Shown here piece by piece: positions 51,401 through 63,000 of a stretch of 64,000 nt of DNA; position 1 is the stretch's first letter; each line of letters starts with the position of its first letter. Below the pieces are notes generated by a model. The model saw only the letters and a program-made list of their open reading frames with translations. It made no database searches and had not been told where the DNA came from. Both the position numbers and the translations under genes were made by a program. The stretch is taken from assembly GCF_030684315.1 (NCBI RefSeq), contig NC_081362.1:41877744-41941743 (forward strand). Direction: 5' to 3'. Origin of the DNA: Stegostoma tigrinum. Taxonomy: Eukaryota.

Positions 51401-54399
51401 CACCAGATGGAGCGAGGTCTAGGTAAAGGTCAAGGTTAGCTCAGCCTGCTATTGAATCGGCTGCGTGATAGATCGTTGACTCGCTTTGCTCGGAGGCACC
51501 CATAGGGGTTTCTGAGAATAAAAGGAGTCACAAGTGAAACGCTCCGATGCTGCTCTGAATGCTAAAATAATTATTCGGATGCATTAAAAACGAGTAGCCA
51601 AATTCTTCCATAAGAAAACACACGCGCAGATAGGTGCTGGGAACATTTTATTAAGCATATCAGTCTGACTTCGAATACCCAACTCCAGTCATTGACTACA
51701 TTACTTAAAGTTAGTCACTGAGCTAATCAAAAGATGGAATTAATTCCTTCATTACGGATTTGTCCATGAAGTGGTCGTGAAATTACCGAATGCGTCGATA
51801 CTCCCTCCACCCCACCCCCCAACTCCCTCTCCTCAGTCTCTTCCAGGCACTCGATCGGATCTCTCCGTGCTGGGTCCGAGTTTCACTGGGCAGACATTAC
51901 ACACAAAAGTTACTCATGTATCCGCGCCGGTAGTTTTAATCAGGAAAGAGTGGAGGAGAGGCGCGCGGCGGCGGCGGGCAGGGGGTGAATGTATGTGTTT
52001 GTGTGTTGGGAGGAGGGGGGCGGGCGGTGGGTGTCTGTACATTTTTATTTGACTGCGACTTGGCAATAATTGGATTCGCGAACTCACTTCATAACTACTG
52101 GACAAGATGGTAGATAAAAGGCGACCAGGTTAGCAGCCAGCTTCCAGATGCAGATTAGATCAGAAATAATTTTGCATTAGAAGTGGGGGAGGTCTGCTGG
52201 AAGGAACTTGGCTCTGGCAGTTCGGCAGCGCTTTGCCCTCGCTCCCTATAAATTTACCGAACCCTTTTCCTGTAGAAAACCGCACGGTTCGAAAACAAAA
52301 CAACCTACAGTCATTTGGAATCCTTGCAGATGGGAAATGTACTTTTACCGTTTTAACAGAAGTGCCATCCACCTCGGGTTAAGAGTTATAAAACCATTTT
52401 GTTTTACATCCATGACTTTAAGTAACCTAACTTCCTCGTGTGAGACGGACGGTACAGCTGCAACCGCAGATCTTATCTGATCGTTGAGTGTTAAGAGTAA
52501 AAATAGTTAACCCTTCAACCACTTGCTACAGCTGGTGAAAAGAAAAAAATGGCGCAGTTTCTGTTAACATATCGCACCATTGATCGCAATGAGTTCAATT
52601 TCACTTCTGCCTGAAATCTTTTGCTAGCCATATTCACGTCTAGGGCCCTCCAGCTAAAAGTATTTATACTCCACAAAAAAAAGCACCATCATACACACAA
52701 GGTTACGTCTGGGGAGCACAATACTTATACTTCATGGAAACAATGACTTAAAACGCCTCTGAAATCTTCCATATTCTACGGTTCCTGTTGCATCAGTACA
52801 AATTTATAGTACAGCACAAGTTTTAAAAACAAGATTCTTCAAGCTACCTATTCCGATAGTTATCTCGCTGAAGTCTGCAATCATGCACTCGAGAGACAAA
52901 ATTCTTTCTTATTTACGATTTTCTAATTGCAAAGCATGTTACACGATTTTTTTCTAGTTTGTTGTGCAGATTTTATTTTAAATAAACATGGAAGGGCAGA
53001 TTTATAAAAAAACTGTTATGTTATATTGATTGACTAGACTTTCAGCCATCACATTTAATCAAACCATCCAAGTATCACCAAGGGCAACAGAATTATCATA
53101 AAATCATTTTCCTTTAAAAAAATCGTGTGCTTGAAATGTTATTACATTTTTTAAAATAAAACGGTCGATGCAGGTGCAAAATCTTCAAAGGTTACTCGAA
53201 AACTCCTTTTCTCACCTCGCATAAATGAACAGGGCCGTATGTGTATCTTGAAATGAGAAGCAGCATTGCTATTTTAAACATAATTTGCATTCAACTCCAA
53301 TACCTGCAACTAAAGTACCTGCAAATCCATTGAAAAACGAGAATGAACTGTGTGAAGATCAATTATCAAGCCGTTCTCGGTTTAACATACTGTATAGAAG
53401 AGCGACACAAAGGGTAGAAAAATAATAGGATTAACATTTTCACTTCATATTATATATTCACGTTACTTCAAGCATTTCCACGGTCTTGTGAATTATCCGC
53501 CAATAAGTAACTGAAAACAGCAGAGATGCGAATAACAGGTAACGCTAAGGAAATAGATAGTCGAGGACACTTCCTTTTATTCCACAAACTAAACATAATA
53601 TAACGTTATGTTTATAAAGCACATAAGCACAGAAAGAGTCAGCAACCTTCAGGAGCAGTTGCTTTTGTCATAGAAAGTGAAAGAAGGCAGTAGACATGAT
53701 TTATGATTTTAATTTAAAATAATATACAAATGTAAATATCTACGCTCTATCCAGCTGTTTGGATTCACGTGTACGCTATCGAATTTCAGTGGGCTGCAAA
53801 TTCTAATACTCATTTGGGTATTTACACCATAAAATACTTTACAAACCTTGTTTATTCCCCCTATCACCACTACACATAATTAACTTTATGAATAATGTCA
53901 ACCTTTTCGGACGTGGTTGGCAATCATAACGGGGACACAAAAACAAACGCGGAGTGCATGTGCGTTCCCCTTCCTGATGTCCTGCACGGGTTGTCCAGCG
54001 CAAATGTCTCATCACTTGCCCAGTTCTGGCCAGCAAGCGTTGCGCCCATGAGTTGCCAGCAGTTTGGGCTGGCACAGAAAGAGAGAGAGAGAGAGTTGGG
54101 AGCGGTGTGGAGGGGAGCGCGGTTGGAGTGGCTTTCAGAGAGAGAAGGCGGTGGTGTGTGTGTGAAGGGGAAGGGGGTGGTGGTGTGTAGATGGTGGTGG
54201 TGGTGTGGGGGGGGGGGGGGTGGTGGGAGCGGTTGCAGCGGTAGGCGGATGATGGATTGATTGGAAGCTGCTGGAAGCTGCGCCTATTGGATGCCTGGGA
54301 CTGAGAGTGAGTGTGAGTGTGTGTTAGTGAGACTCTGTGTGAGCAGTGGGGTTTGTCCGGCCCCGTGTCCCTGGGTATGTATCATTGGCTTGCTCTCTC

Positions 54400-54609
54400 C
54401 TCTCGCCCTGCCCAGCCACCTCCTGACGTTCAAGTTCGCGGGCACGTCACGTACGCACTTGAACTTGGTCGTTTTAAAGCCATGACGGCTATCCCACAAT
54501 CCATCTCCATCCGCCATCTTTGTATTATTTCTAATTTATTTTATGTCAAGCCATTGATGAAGATATTTTCTCTGGAGTCTCCTTCTTCCCGCTCCCGATG
54601 TGACCGAGC
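54400..54609 (+). other. BCL11A: BCL11A 5' UTR (exon 1, non-coding part; TSS approximate)
   Basis: Blocks CCTGACGTTCAAGTTCGC, GCACTTGAACTTG, GCCATGACGGCT, CCATCTTTGTATTATTTCTAATTTATTTT and GATGAAGATATTTTCTCTGGAGTCTCCTTCTT match my recollection of the mammalian BCL11A leader. Confidence 0.75.
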
Positions 54610-54664
54610 ATGTCTCGCCGCAAGCAAGGCAACCCTCAGCACTTGAGTAAACGGGAATTTTCAC
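54610..54664 (+). CDS. BCL11A: BCL11A coding exon 1 (NuRD/RBBP4-binding N-terminal motif)
   Basis: ATG at 54610 gives MSRRKQGNPQHLSKREFS plus 1 nt, then GTGAGT donor at 54665; 55 coding nt, phase 1. Confidence 0.95.
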
Positions 54665-57600
54665 GTGAGTAGCTTTCAAATTTTTTTTTGTTCCACTTTT
54701 TTTGGGAAAAAAACATATTTAAAAATAAAGCGCTCCGTTGAAAGTGCAGGGAAGAAGAAGAAAGATCTTCCCCGGCGGCCCCCCCGCAACCCACCCCTCT
54801 CTCTGGTGAGGTGCCGGCAGCAGCAGCGGCGCCGGGGCTCGATCGGTCAGCGCTTTGACCGGACTCCTGACAGCAAGTGGCCGGACTGAGGGGCAGAGCA
54901 GCTGCAGGGATCTGAGCCTCCCAAGTGTCCGGCTCCAGATCCGCTCAAATTCTCTTATCCACCTTTCCCCCCTCCGTCACCTCCATACACAAACAAAAAT
55001 CCTCCACATGCCAAGGAGGGTGGGGGGTGGAAAACAACAGAAGAAATCAGAATAAACTCCTCAGGAGGTGAGGGGCAACGAAACTGTAAGGAAGAAACTC
55101 AACAAGAGTCCAAAAAAAGTGCCGATACCCCTCCCGCCCCCTCCTCTCCGGACACTCGGCGCTGGCTTTGCAGCTTTGATCGCGCCGCCCCTCAAAGGGC
55201 ATCAGTCCCCGAGCCCCATCCGTCTTCCACCCCCCCCCACCTCCCCCGCCAAAAAAATTTAAACTTATTCCCTCTCCTTCCTCCTTCCTTCGGAAGCCGG
55301 GAAATCGTCTCATACTCGCTCGCAAGTTTAATTCACCGCTTAACTTCTCCCGCTTTCCCTCCTCTTACTATTTTTTGGAAGATTTTCAAAAAAAATCTGG
55401 AAGTAGATTGTGATTGGGAAAAATCTCGTGCTTGAATGTTTACAACAAGCTGCAGCTCCGCGTGTGCGGAAACCTCATGGAAAAAAAACCCAGCGCCGAC
55501 GCTCTCACATTTTGCAGCGTTTCGCAAATCCCCTCCCAGAACTATTAAGTCTAATTAATAATTTTGTTTTGAAGAGTCACAAACTCCGCTGTAAACCCCG
55601 GGTGTTAGCGTTGCTGTCCTCGGGCAGACACGCGGAACTCTCGGGGCTGACCGAGCTGCGGGTGTCAGTCAGTCCGGGCGCGCACACGTGCGATCCGCCA
55701 GATCGGGGAGAGGGGGGAAGAGATCCTGAGGAGTGGGAGGCCGGAGAGTGGGAGCCCGGGCGTAGACGGAACACGGGGATAGAGATCCTGGAACTGGGGG
55801 AGAGGAAGCCCGGGTAGAGGGACCCCGGAGCGAGGTGGGATCGGTATAACTGAATGAGAGATCTTGGAGACGGGTGGTGGGGGTTGGCGGAGGTATGTTG
55901 CTGGAGAAAGAGAGAGCCCGGAGCTGGACGGAGAGATTCGGGAGTCCGGGGGGGGGGGTGGAGGAGGGCGGCGGGAAGGTCGGGGTGGGGGGTGATGTGG
56001 GTGGTGAGGTAGAGACGCCAGAGTTTTTGGATACACTAGTCAGAGAGAGAGAGAGAGAGAGAGAGATATCCCGGAGCCGTGGGGGTGGGGAGAAATAGAT
56101 GGGGAGGGAGAGAGAGAGAGAGACCCGGCAGCACAAGAGAAGGGGAGAGCGGGAGATCTATGGGCGGTGGGGGAGAGAGAGAGAGCGAGAGCCTGGGGAA
56201 CGACAACCCGGTGGACGGAGTTGGGAGAGAGTCCAGCTCCCGGCACCGAGATCCCGTGGGGCAGGGGAGTCCGGGTCCCGGACTCCGTTCCCACACACGT
56301 TCGGAAGGAAGTTATTAACAGCCCCACCCCACCCCCCGGAATGTTAAGCACACTGTTTGGGGAGAGGGAGTTTTTAGCTTTGGTTTTTGTGAAAATGAGA
56401 CTTTGTTCCTGTTGGGGGAAAGCCGCAGGTTTGTTGTCAGATTTTCCAGTGTTGCCGTCATCTCTGAGATTGCGATCGGCCAGTTCCTGGGCTTTCACAT
56501 TGAAATCCAACAGAGCGAGCAAACTGGCGAGAATTGAAAAGAAATACCTGGCGAATAAAGTATAGTTAAAACTGTAGTGTGGGAGTTTCTTTCGCGTTTA
56601 AAACCCGTTTTTCATAATTCAGTGATTGTGGGAAAATGTATTTATAAGCCAGACAGTGGAGGAAAAATAAGGCGATTCGTCTTGTCGATAGAAATCGCGG
56701 ACTTTTGGCTTTCTGAATATTTTCTGTTTTGCCAAGTCCCCGTTGAATCGTCTCAATGTAGAATATTGGGTCTAAACGGAAGATGTATCAAGGTTGTTTA
56801 AAGTGTGCGTGAGGGACTGAAGGGAGAGGGGTCGATGCTGCGCGCTTGTGTCGCTAGGAGGCAGAGTAACATCAAAAACAAGCCCAGGCTGCAACCTGCG
56901 CAAACTTCCAACACCATTTCCTAGCGACTGCTCTCAGATCTTCCTCCTTGTCCTCCCCCGCCGACCAAAAAAAGCAAATTAAACGAAACCGACCCCATCC
57001 CAAACACACTCTGCTTTACTGGCTGTTTTCCATCCGATATTCTTCCAGGTAAAAGGGCTAAGTCTGATGCCGAGCTTCACCTGCACGAGGGCTCGACGCA
57101 TCGGAATTATTGTTGAAGTTCGTTGAGTTCAGGCATTATTCTAAACAAAAGCAATCAATTAAAAAAACTAAATAATAACACAGCTTACCCCTTCCCCGTT
57201 AAAAAGCTTGGAGAAAAAGGAAACAATTTTTAAAAAAATCAGTTCAGTTAATGATACAGAAGCAAAGTTTGTTCAATAACAGCAGCTAGTTGTTTGCTCT
57301 AAAGAATATTTTGCTTTGACCCACGTGTGTGTGATGATTGCATTTTTTAAAATTTTGGGAAATGCTTTGGAATAAAACAAGGCGAACCTAAATAAATGAG
57401 TGGGAGCTTCGGCGATCAAGTGAGTGTTAGTTTGTCCAAATCCACTGCTCCCGGTCTCATAACACTTCCAAATATCTCACTCCGCGCATCATATCTTCCG
57501 CAACTTTATTGCCGTTTGCTAAACTCCCCTCGAACCGACATTTCCTGATACTATTGCGAAGTGACAGTTGTATGGAATTCAGATGAGGCTTCCAACAATT

Positions 57601-59711
57601 TGCAAGCTCGTCCAAAGGTATATACGGGCACAGCTATTCATATAGGAAAAAACATCGTGTTTGGATACATTTTGACAGCTGAAATTCGAGATTTTATTCG
57701 GAAGGTATTAATGTACACACTTTCCCTTCGCGGGCTTGGAGCTAAACGGAGCCGCGTTAAAGCCGCTTGCCTCTACTGTATCTCTGAATTTCTCCCTTGT
57801 TCTGTTTCAGTAATATCGATTTCAAATAACCGAAAGCGGTTCTAAAGTTTGTTACAGTAAATAATACATTTGATCACGAGTTGAAACAGCGTACTTTCCA
57901 CTTTTAGATTGTTTAAGAACGACAAACGATTTCTTAACTGTTTCTGAAGCTTATGTTGAAGCATCAGATCAGTGGTACGATATCAGCTCAATACAGGTAG
58001 CAGTAGAATATGTCTTCAAATGCATCAAACAAGATTCGTAAATGTTGAAGCATCATACATTGTGGCAATAAAACTGCTAATTTAGTGAAAGGGTAGCCCG
58101 CACATTCAGTGTAATTGTTTTTGTATATGCCCACGTATTCTTAATGTTCTATATGAATTTGAAATGGTGACAATGTCAAAGTGCATCTGGCTAATCATTT
58201 GGATTGTATGTCTTACTTTACTGATTCGTGATTTTAAAATTAAAAGCAGAATCACTATATTTGAGCCTTGTCATCTGTATACTTCTTTCTTGGGGTGTAG
58301 TTATCTGTTTAATGTAAATTCAAATCTGTGTATCATTTGAAAACATAACAGAAGACAATGGCTTTGAAGGCTGTTTTCTAATTAGTCTTGGAATCTCAAA
58401 ATGCCACCAATTTTACAAAAAAAAACTTGTCCACTTTCCTTCACCTTTCACACTTTATTCACTAAACTTGAAAATTAAGCTGCCAAGATTATTCAACGAT
58501 AGCCACATCTAATATTTGCCATAAAATGCCAGTGAAGTTCCATTCAATTGTCTGTATTCTTCTAAATATATTCCATTGAAATCAAACATGATTTTGCACA
58601 TTGTACTTAATTTTTTTTGATGGCATGTATTTAATGTCTTGAATTGTAAGCTTTGTGTCTGAATAATTTGTGACCCTTTTTAATTTTCCTTTTAATAGTG
58701 GATTACCATGTCAAAATTGGTTGCCAAGTGAGAGAGGATGTGTTGCAGGGTATATTCGCATTTAATCTAATTAGGAATCATGAAAGGGATACCATAAGGT
58801 GGTTGGCATTCTCAATACCAGGGCGCAAATTTGACTGAAACTGATCAAAATTTCTATGGCTGAAATGATAAACTTTGGTAGTCTGTTTTGGTTTAATTTA
58901 AAATTATTTGTCATTCTTATTGATTCAGGTAATTAAAAATAATTTGTTTTCTGTGGAAAAGGCTTTGTGTGGTGTAAAGGCATGACAGCTTTTTCAGTCC
59001 TGTTAATGTTTATGGCAAAATATTAATAAATTAATATTTTTGAGTTTCGTCCCACTCAGTGCAGATAAAATAGGTATTTGGTACTCACCATGAACATTTT
59101 AACAAAAGCAGCAAAGAATGCAATATCTTCTATCACAAAGCCCATCCTTGGCATGTAAAACAACAAAATGTAAAGCCACCAGCTGTTTAGAACTAAGATT
59201 GAATTAATCAAGCTAGTTCCTCAGTGCCAAACAAACCCCATTTTTCTACAACATTCTAAGAAAAACATCAAAAATAATTATAAGGGGGAGAAAAACAGCT
59301 GAACACTGTCCTTGCTGTAATTCCACTGCACTTTAAATTTCTCAAAGCAATCAGGCCATTGATAAGGGAATGTGGTGCAACATTTATTTGGCCTTCTAGT
59401 AACACGTTCATTTTCACATCCTTTGGTTTTCGCCTTGTGGGTAAAGAGTTAAATCAAATGTTTCTGTTCTTAAAACTGTGCTTTTGTACATAAATTGCTA
59501 TGCGTCGATTAAATTTCGAAGATCTGTACTGATCAATGGGAGAATAATGACTCTTTCCTAAATACAACTTCTCAATTCTATTACTGATACAGGCGTGTGG
59601 GTGGGGGGAAAGTAGAGAAAAGAAAGATTGAAGATATTTGCTGGGTAGAATCACCTGATTTATGTTTTCTTTTTGCTCTTTTTGTTTTGTTTTGTTTTTT
59701 CTCTGCTGTAG
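54665..59711 (+). other. BCL11A: BCL11A intron 1
   Basis: GTGAGT donor; long polypyrimidine tract ~59660-59705 and TGTAG acceptor ending at 59711; splicing joins C+CT (Pro) in frame. Confidence 0.9.
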
Positions 59712-60044
59712 CTGATTCCCTGGAAGCCATTCTTACAGATGAAGAGGAGGAGCATGGCACCTTGGGAGCTCCTGAGGGTGACCACGATCTCCTTACCTGC
59801 GGCCAATGTCAGATGAATTTCCCATTGGGGGACATTCTAATCTTTATTGAGCACAAAAGGAAGCAATGTAATGGTGGCCTCTGCTTGGACAAAGCTGTGG
59901 ATAAGCCTCCGTCACCTTCTCCCAGTGAGCTGAAAAAGGCATCCACACCTGTCGAAGTTGGCATACAGGTCACACCAGATGATGATGATTGCCTGTCTAC
60001 ATCATCCAAAGGAGTTTGCCTGAAACAGGAAAGCACAGCAGCAG
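59712..60044 (+). CDS. BCL11A: BCL11A coding exon 2 (C2HC zinc finger ZnF0); gene continues beyond the window
   Basis: (P)[110 protein letters not shown]; 333 nt, phase 1-1, GTAAAA donor at 60045. [10 protein letters not shown] and DKPPSPSP are BCL11A-type rather than BCL11B-type. Confidence 0.97.
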
Positions 60045-63000
60045 GTAAAAAAAATACACAAATCAAATATCAAAACAACATTTATATGCTTGTATGAGCA
60101 GAAATAAGGGGGAAAAAAATCACAAGCCTTGTTGTATCCTTTCTTTCTCTTGCATGTTTTTGCTTTAATCAGAGTGCTGCTACTATTACTGAGTCTCTAT
60201 CAGCTGTCAGAGTTTGCACTGTAATTAAACACAACCCCATGGCAAAGTGACATAGGTGACCTTGACTTTAAGTTGCCATTTATACTAGCCAGGTCAGAAT
60301 TAAGAGGGCAGTTGCTGAAGTGCACAGACATGCTTATTCGAAAGTTTAGGGGCATATTGGAAATTTCAAAGGTTGGTTTGACAGGAAAGGCCACTCGATG
60401 CACAGTGTCTCCTCAGTGGAATGATAAATGCCTCTTCTATTCTCTGTTTTGTGATCTGGTTCTGACAGATGTGTCTTGATTTTTCTTTCCGGATTGGTTT
60501 CCTTGCTATACTTCACCCTCTTGAACCAATTGCTTGTGGTTTCTGTCTGTGTCTTTTTGTCACTGCATGACTGTCACCTTCTCTACTCCTCTTTTTATTT
60601 GTCACTAATACTCTTTGTGCATCTCTCTTTCCTCCCCTCTCATCTTTCTCATTCTCCTGATGTCAAATTACAAATAATATTTGAATGTTTACAGACATTT
60701 CACAATATTCTTTCTTTTTATGTGATAAAACTTTTGTTCCTTTTTTAATTCTGCTTAGCTGGTTTTATGATTATTGACAGAATATTGATGGCAAAAAATG
60801 CCATTGTAGAAAATAAAACTTTTTTTGTTTTTTAGTTTATACTGAGTACATCTGTTGATAATTTAGTTACAATACTCAGTTCCCTGAATTCTGCTTTGTG
60901 ATGGGATTGAAAATAATAATAAAAAAATCCATTCTTTTCAATGAAATAATTTCATTTTTGGCAAAATGAGACAATTTATACAAAATGTGCATTTTTATTT
61001 CTTGGAAAACGCCTGGCTTTTCCTTTTTAAAGAAAAAGTCTGTATGCACATTAGTTTCTTGACTAACTAAGCCGTATACAGCACTTTTATTATAACAGCT
61101 TATATAGCTTATCAAAGATGCAATAATACTAAATAAAGCTTCAAGATAAAATTACGGTATTTACTTAATTGCATCCAATTATGCAGAAAGATATGATGCA
61201 AATATCTAAATGATGAAAATGCTATATTTATATTGAAAATGTTATTCAGATTTTCACCTCTTTCAGTTCTTTCTTTCACTGTTTAGATAAATTACATTTC
61301 TACCATTTCCATGAAGGTTTAGTGGGTTTCATTATAATTTCAATAAACATGAAGCTACTGTAATGCTGTAGGAAGCAGGCTGGGAAATCCATTTAGGAGA
61401 CAAATAACGCAGTGACCGTTGATATCTGTTGTCTAAGACATGAAGGAAAATGAATACAAATAAAAGGCATGATTAATGAATCAGGAACCTGGCAGAAGGG
61501 GCTTCTAGCCTTTTGAGAGTGGGGGGAAAAAAGCCATGTTATATTGCCAAATATGGAATATTGCTTGAGTGATGCAACGTCCTATTTACATATCGAGGAG
61601 AACAGCTCACAAGACATACTACCCAACCGCCGTAAAACAAATGTGATCTAAATTGTTTAGAATGGACTCTGAAAGCTTGCTGAATGCATAGTAGATTTAA
61701 ATATACTGAACAAGTACAGATATGTGCTAGTACAACATTTCAAACTTACAAATGGGGTATTTTGATACACGTAAGATACTTTATCTGCAAGAAAAGCAGA
61801 AGACAAACAATGTTGCCCTGAGACATGCATTTTCAGGAGTTAAATGGTGGGAGATGTTTCATTCACTGAATTTAAACCGTTTATGCTCTTGAAATGTAAA
61901 TAACAGAAAATTCCATTGCACAATTTTGTGTATATACTCTTTAATAAGCTATATATAAAAATGTAACAATGTGTTTACACATATATGCTAAAGCTCTCTT
62001 TCCTGATATTTTTTCAGCTACATGTATCAAAAAGTTCGAATTGTTCCTCTTGATGAATTTATTATAATTTCAAAACCCACATTCACAAGGTCTGTTGGGT
62101 AATGTTTTCATTTGCAAAATGTAGAAAGATTGTTGGGATTCTGGCCTAGGTGTCAGTTTCAAGCTTGTCCTGTTGTGGACTTGTAAAAAAAGGTGTTCAT
62201 TGCAGTACAATCATGAGCTTTTCATTACACTTAACAGATCGACTGTTAAACATTTTATTTATTGCCTATTTTGATAGTGTTGTGCTTTTAAATGTGTACA
62301 CGTTTATTCTGCAATGACATAGCAAATAAACATTGTGTATCTGTTACTTGAACCTACTTGATCATAGATTGTGGTTAACTTTGATAAATCAGATCAGATG
62401 GGAGTTTTATTGTATTTTCAGCTATCTAAATACTAGAAGCAAGCTAATTCTCTGATGTGGCACATTGTTTGTTAGCCAGGGTAAATCAGCCACTGTCTTA
62501 GGATACCATCTTAGCCAGGGGCATCTGCACTCCATTCCTTTGTTGCAATTAGCTAATTGATGCAATATAAAAATGAGTTTACTTTGCATATTATTCAGTT
62601 TTTAAAAACTTGTCAAAACTGAATTATGTAGTAAAGAATGATTTACATTCTGAATTTTTACATTCCAACTGGCAGGGCTTTGTGAAATAAAGGCATTTAG
62701 TGCCTAGTCGGCCATTTCCTGGCACCAAGCCATCTCCTTCCTAAAAGCTCAAAGCACTGGGCATCTTAAGTATTCTGCTTTTGTGCTCTTTTTTATTGGT
62801 TTCATATTGAACACTGAAGCAGTGCTGACCAGGCCCAATCGCTTCCTCTAATTTTACCAGTTTTTTTCGTAGCCTATTATTGATTTGGCACTGGTGTTTT
62901 GACTTGTTCCTTATTCAGTGTCTCAGAGACACCTGGGCACTGGAAAGAGCAAGGTGCAGGGAGGATGAGGTCAACCCAGATCCCAGCAGGGTTTTAGTGT

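Larger units (their letters stand above)
53900..57150 (+). promoter_or_regulatory. CpG-island promoter and first-intron region of BCL11A
   Basis: High GC and CpG density; three reverse CCAAT (ATTGG) boxes at ~54260, ~54286 and ~54384; CRE-like TGACG/ACGTCA at 54424-54449; G-tracts and (GA)n runs around exon 1. Confidence 0.75.

Noticed and set aside
55047-56565. Cluster of overlapping 60-160 aa ORFs in intron 1
   Set aside because: GC-rich, (GA)n-containing CpG-island sequence with few stop codons and no recognisable domains.
54610-60044. BCL11B assignment
   Set aside because: Apart from Asn8, the diagnostic segments ([37 protein letters not shown]) follow BCL11A.
59597-60097. 166-aa single-exon ORF with a hydrophobic N-terminus
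   Set aside because: The [12 protein letters not shown] stretch is the translated polypyrimidine tract; only 59712-60044, between AG and GT, is exon.
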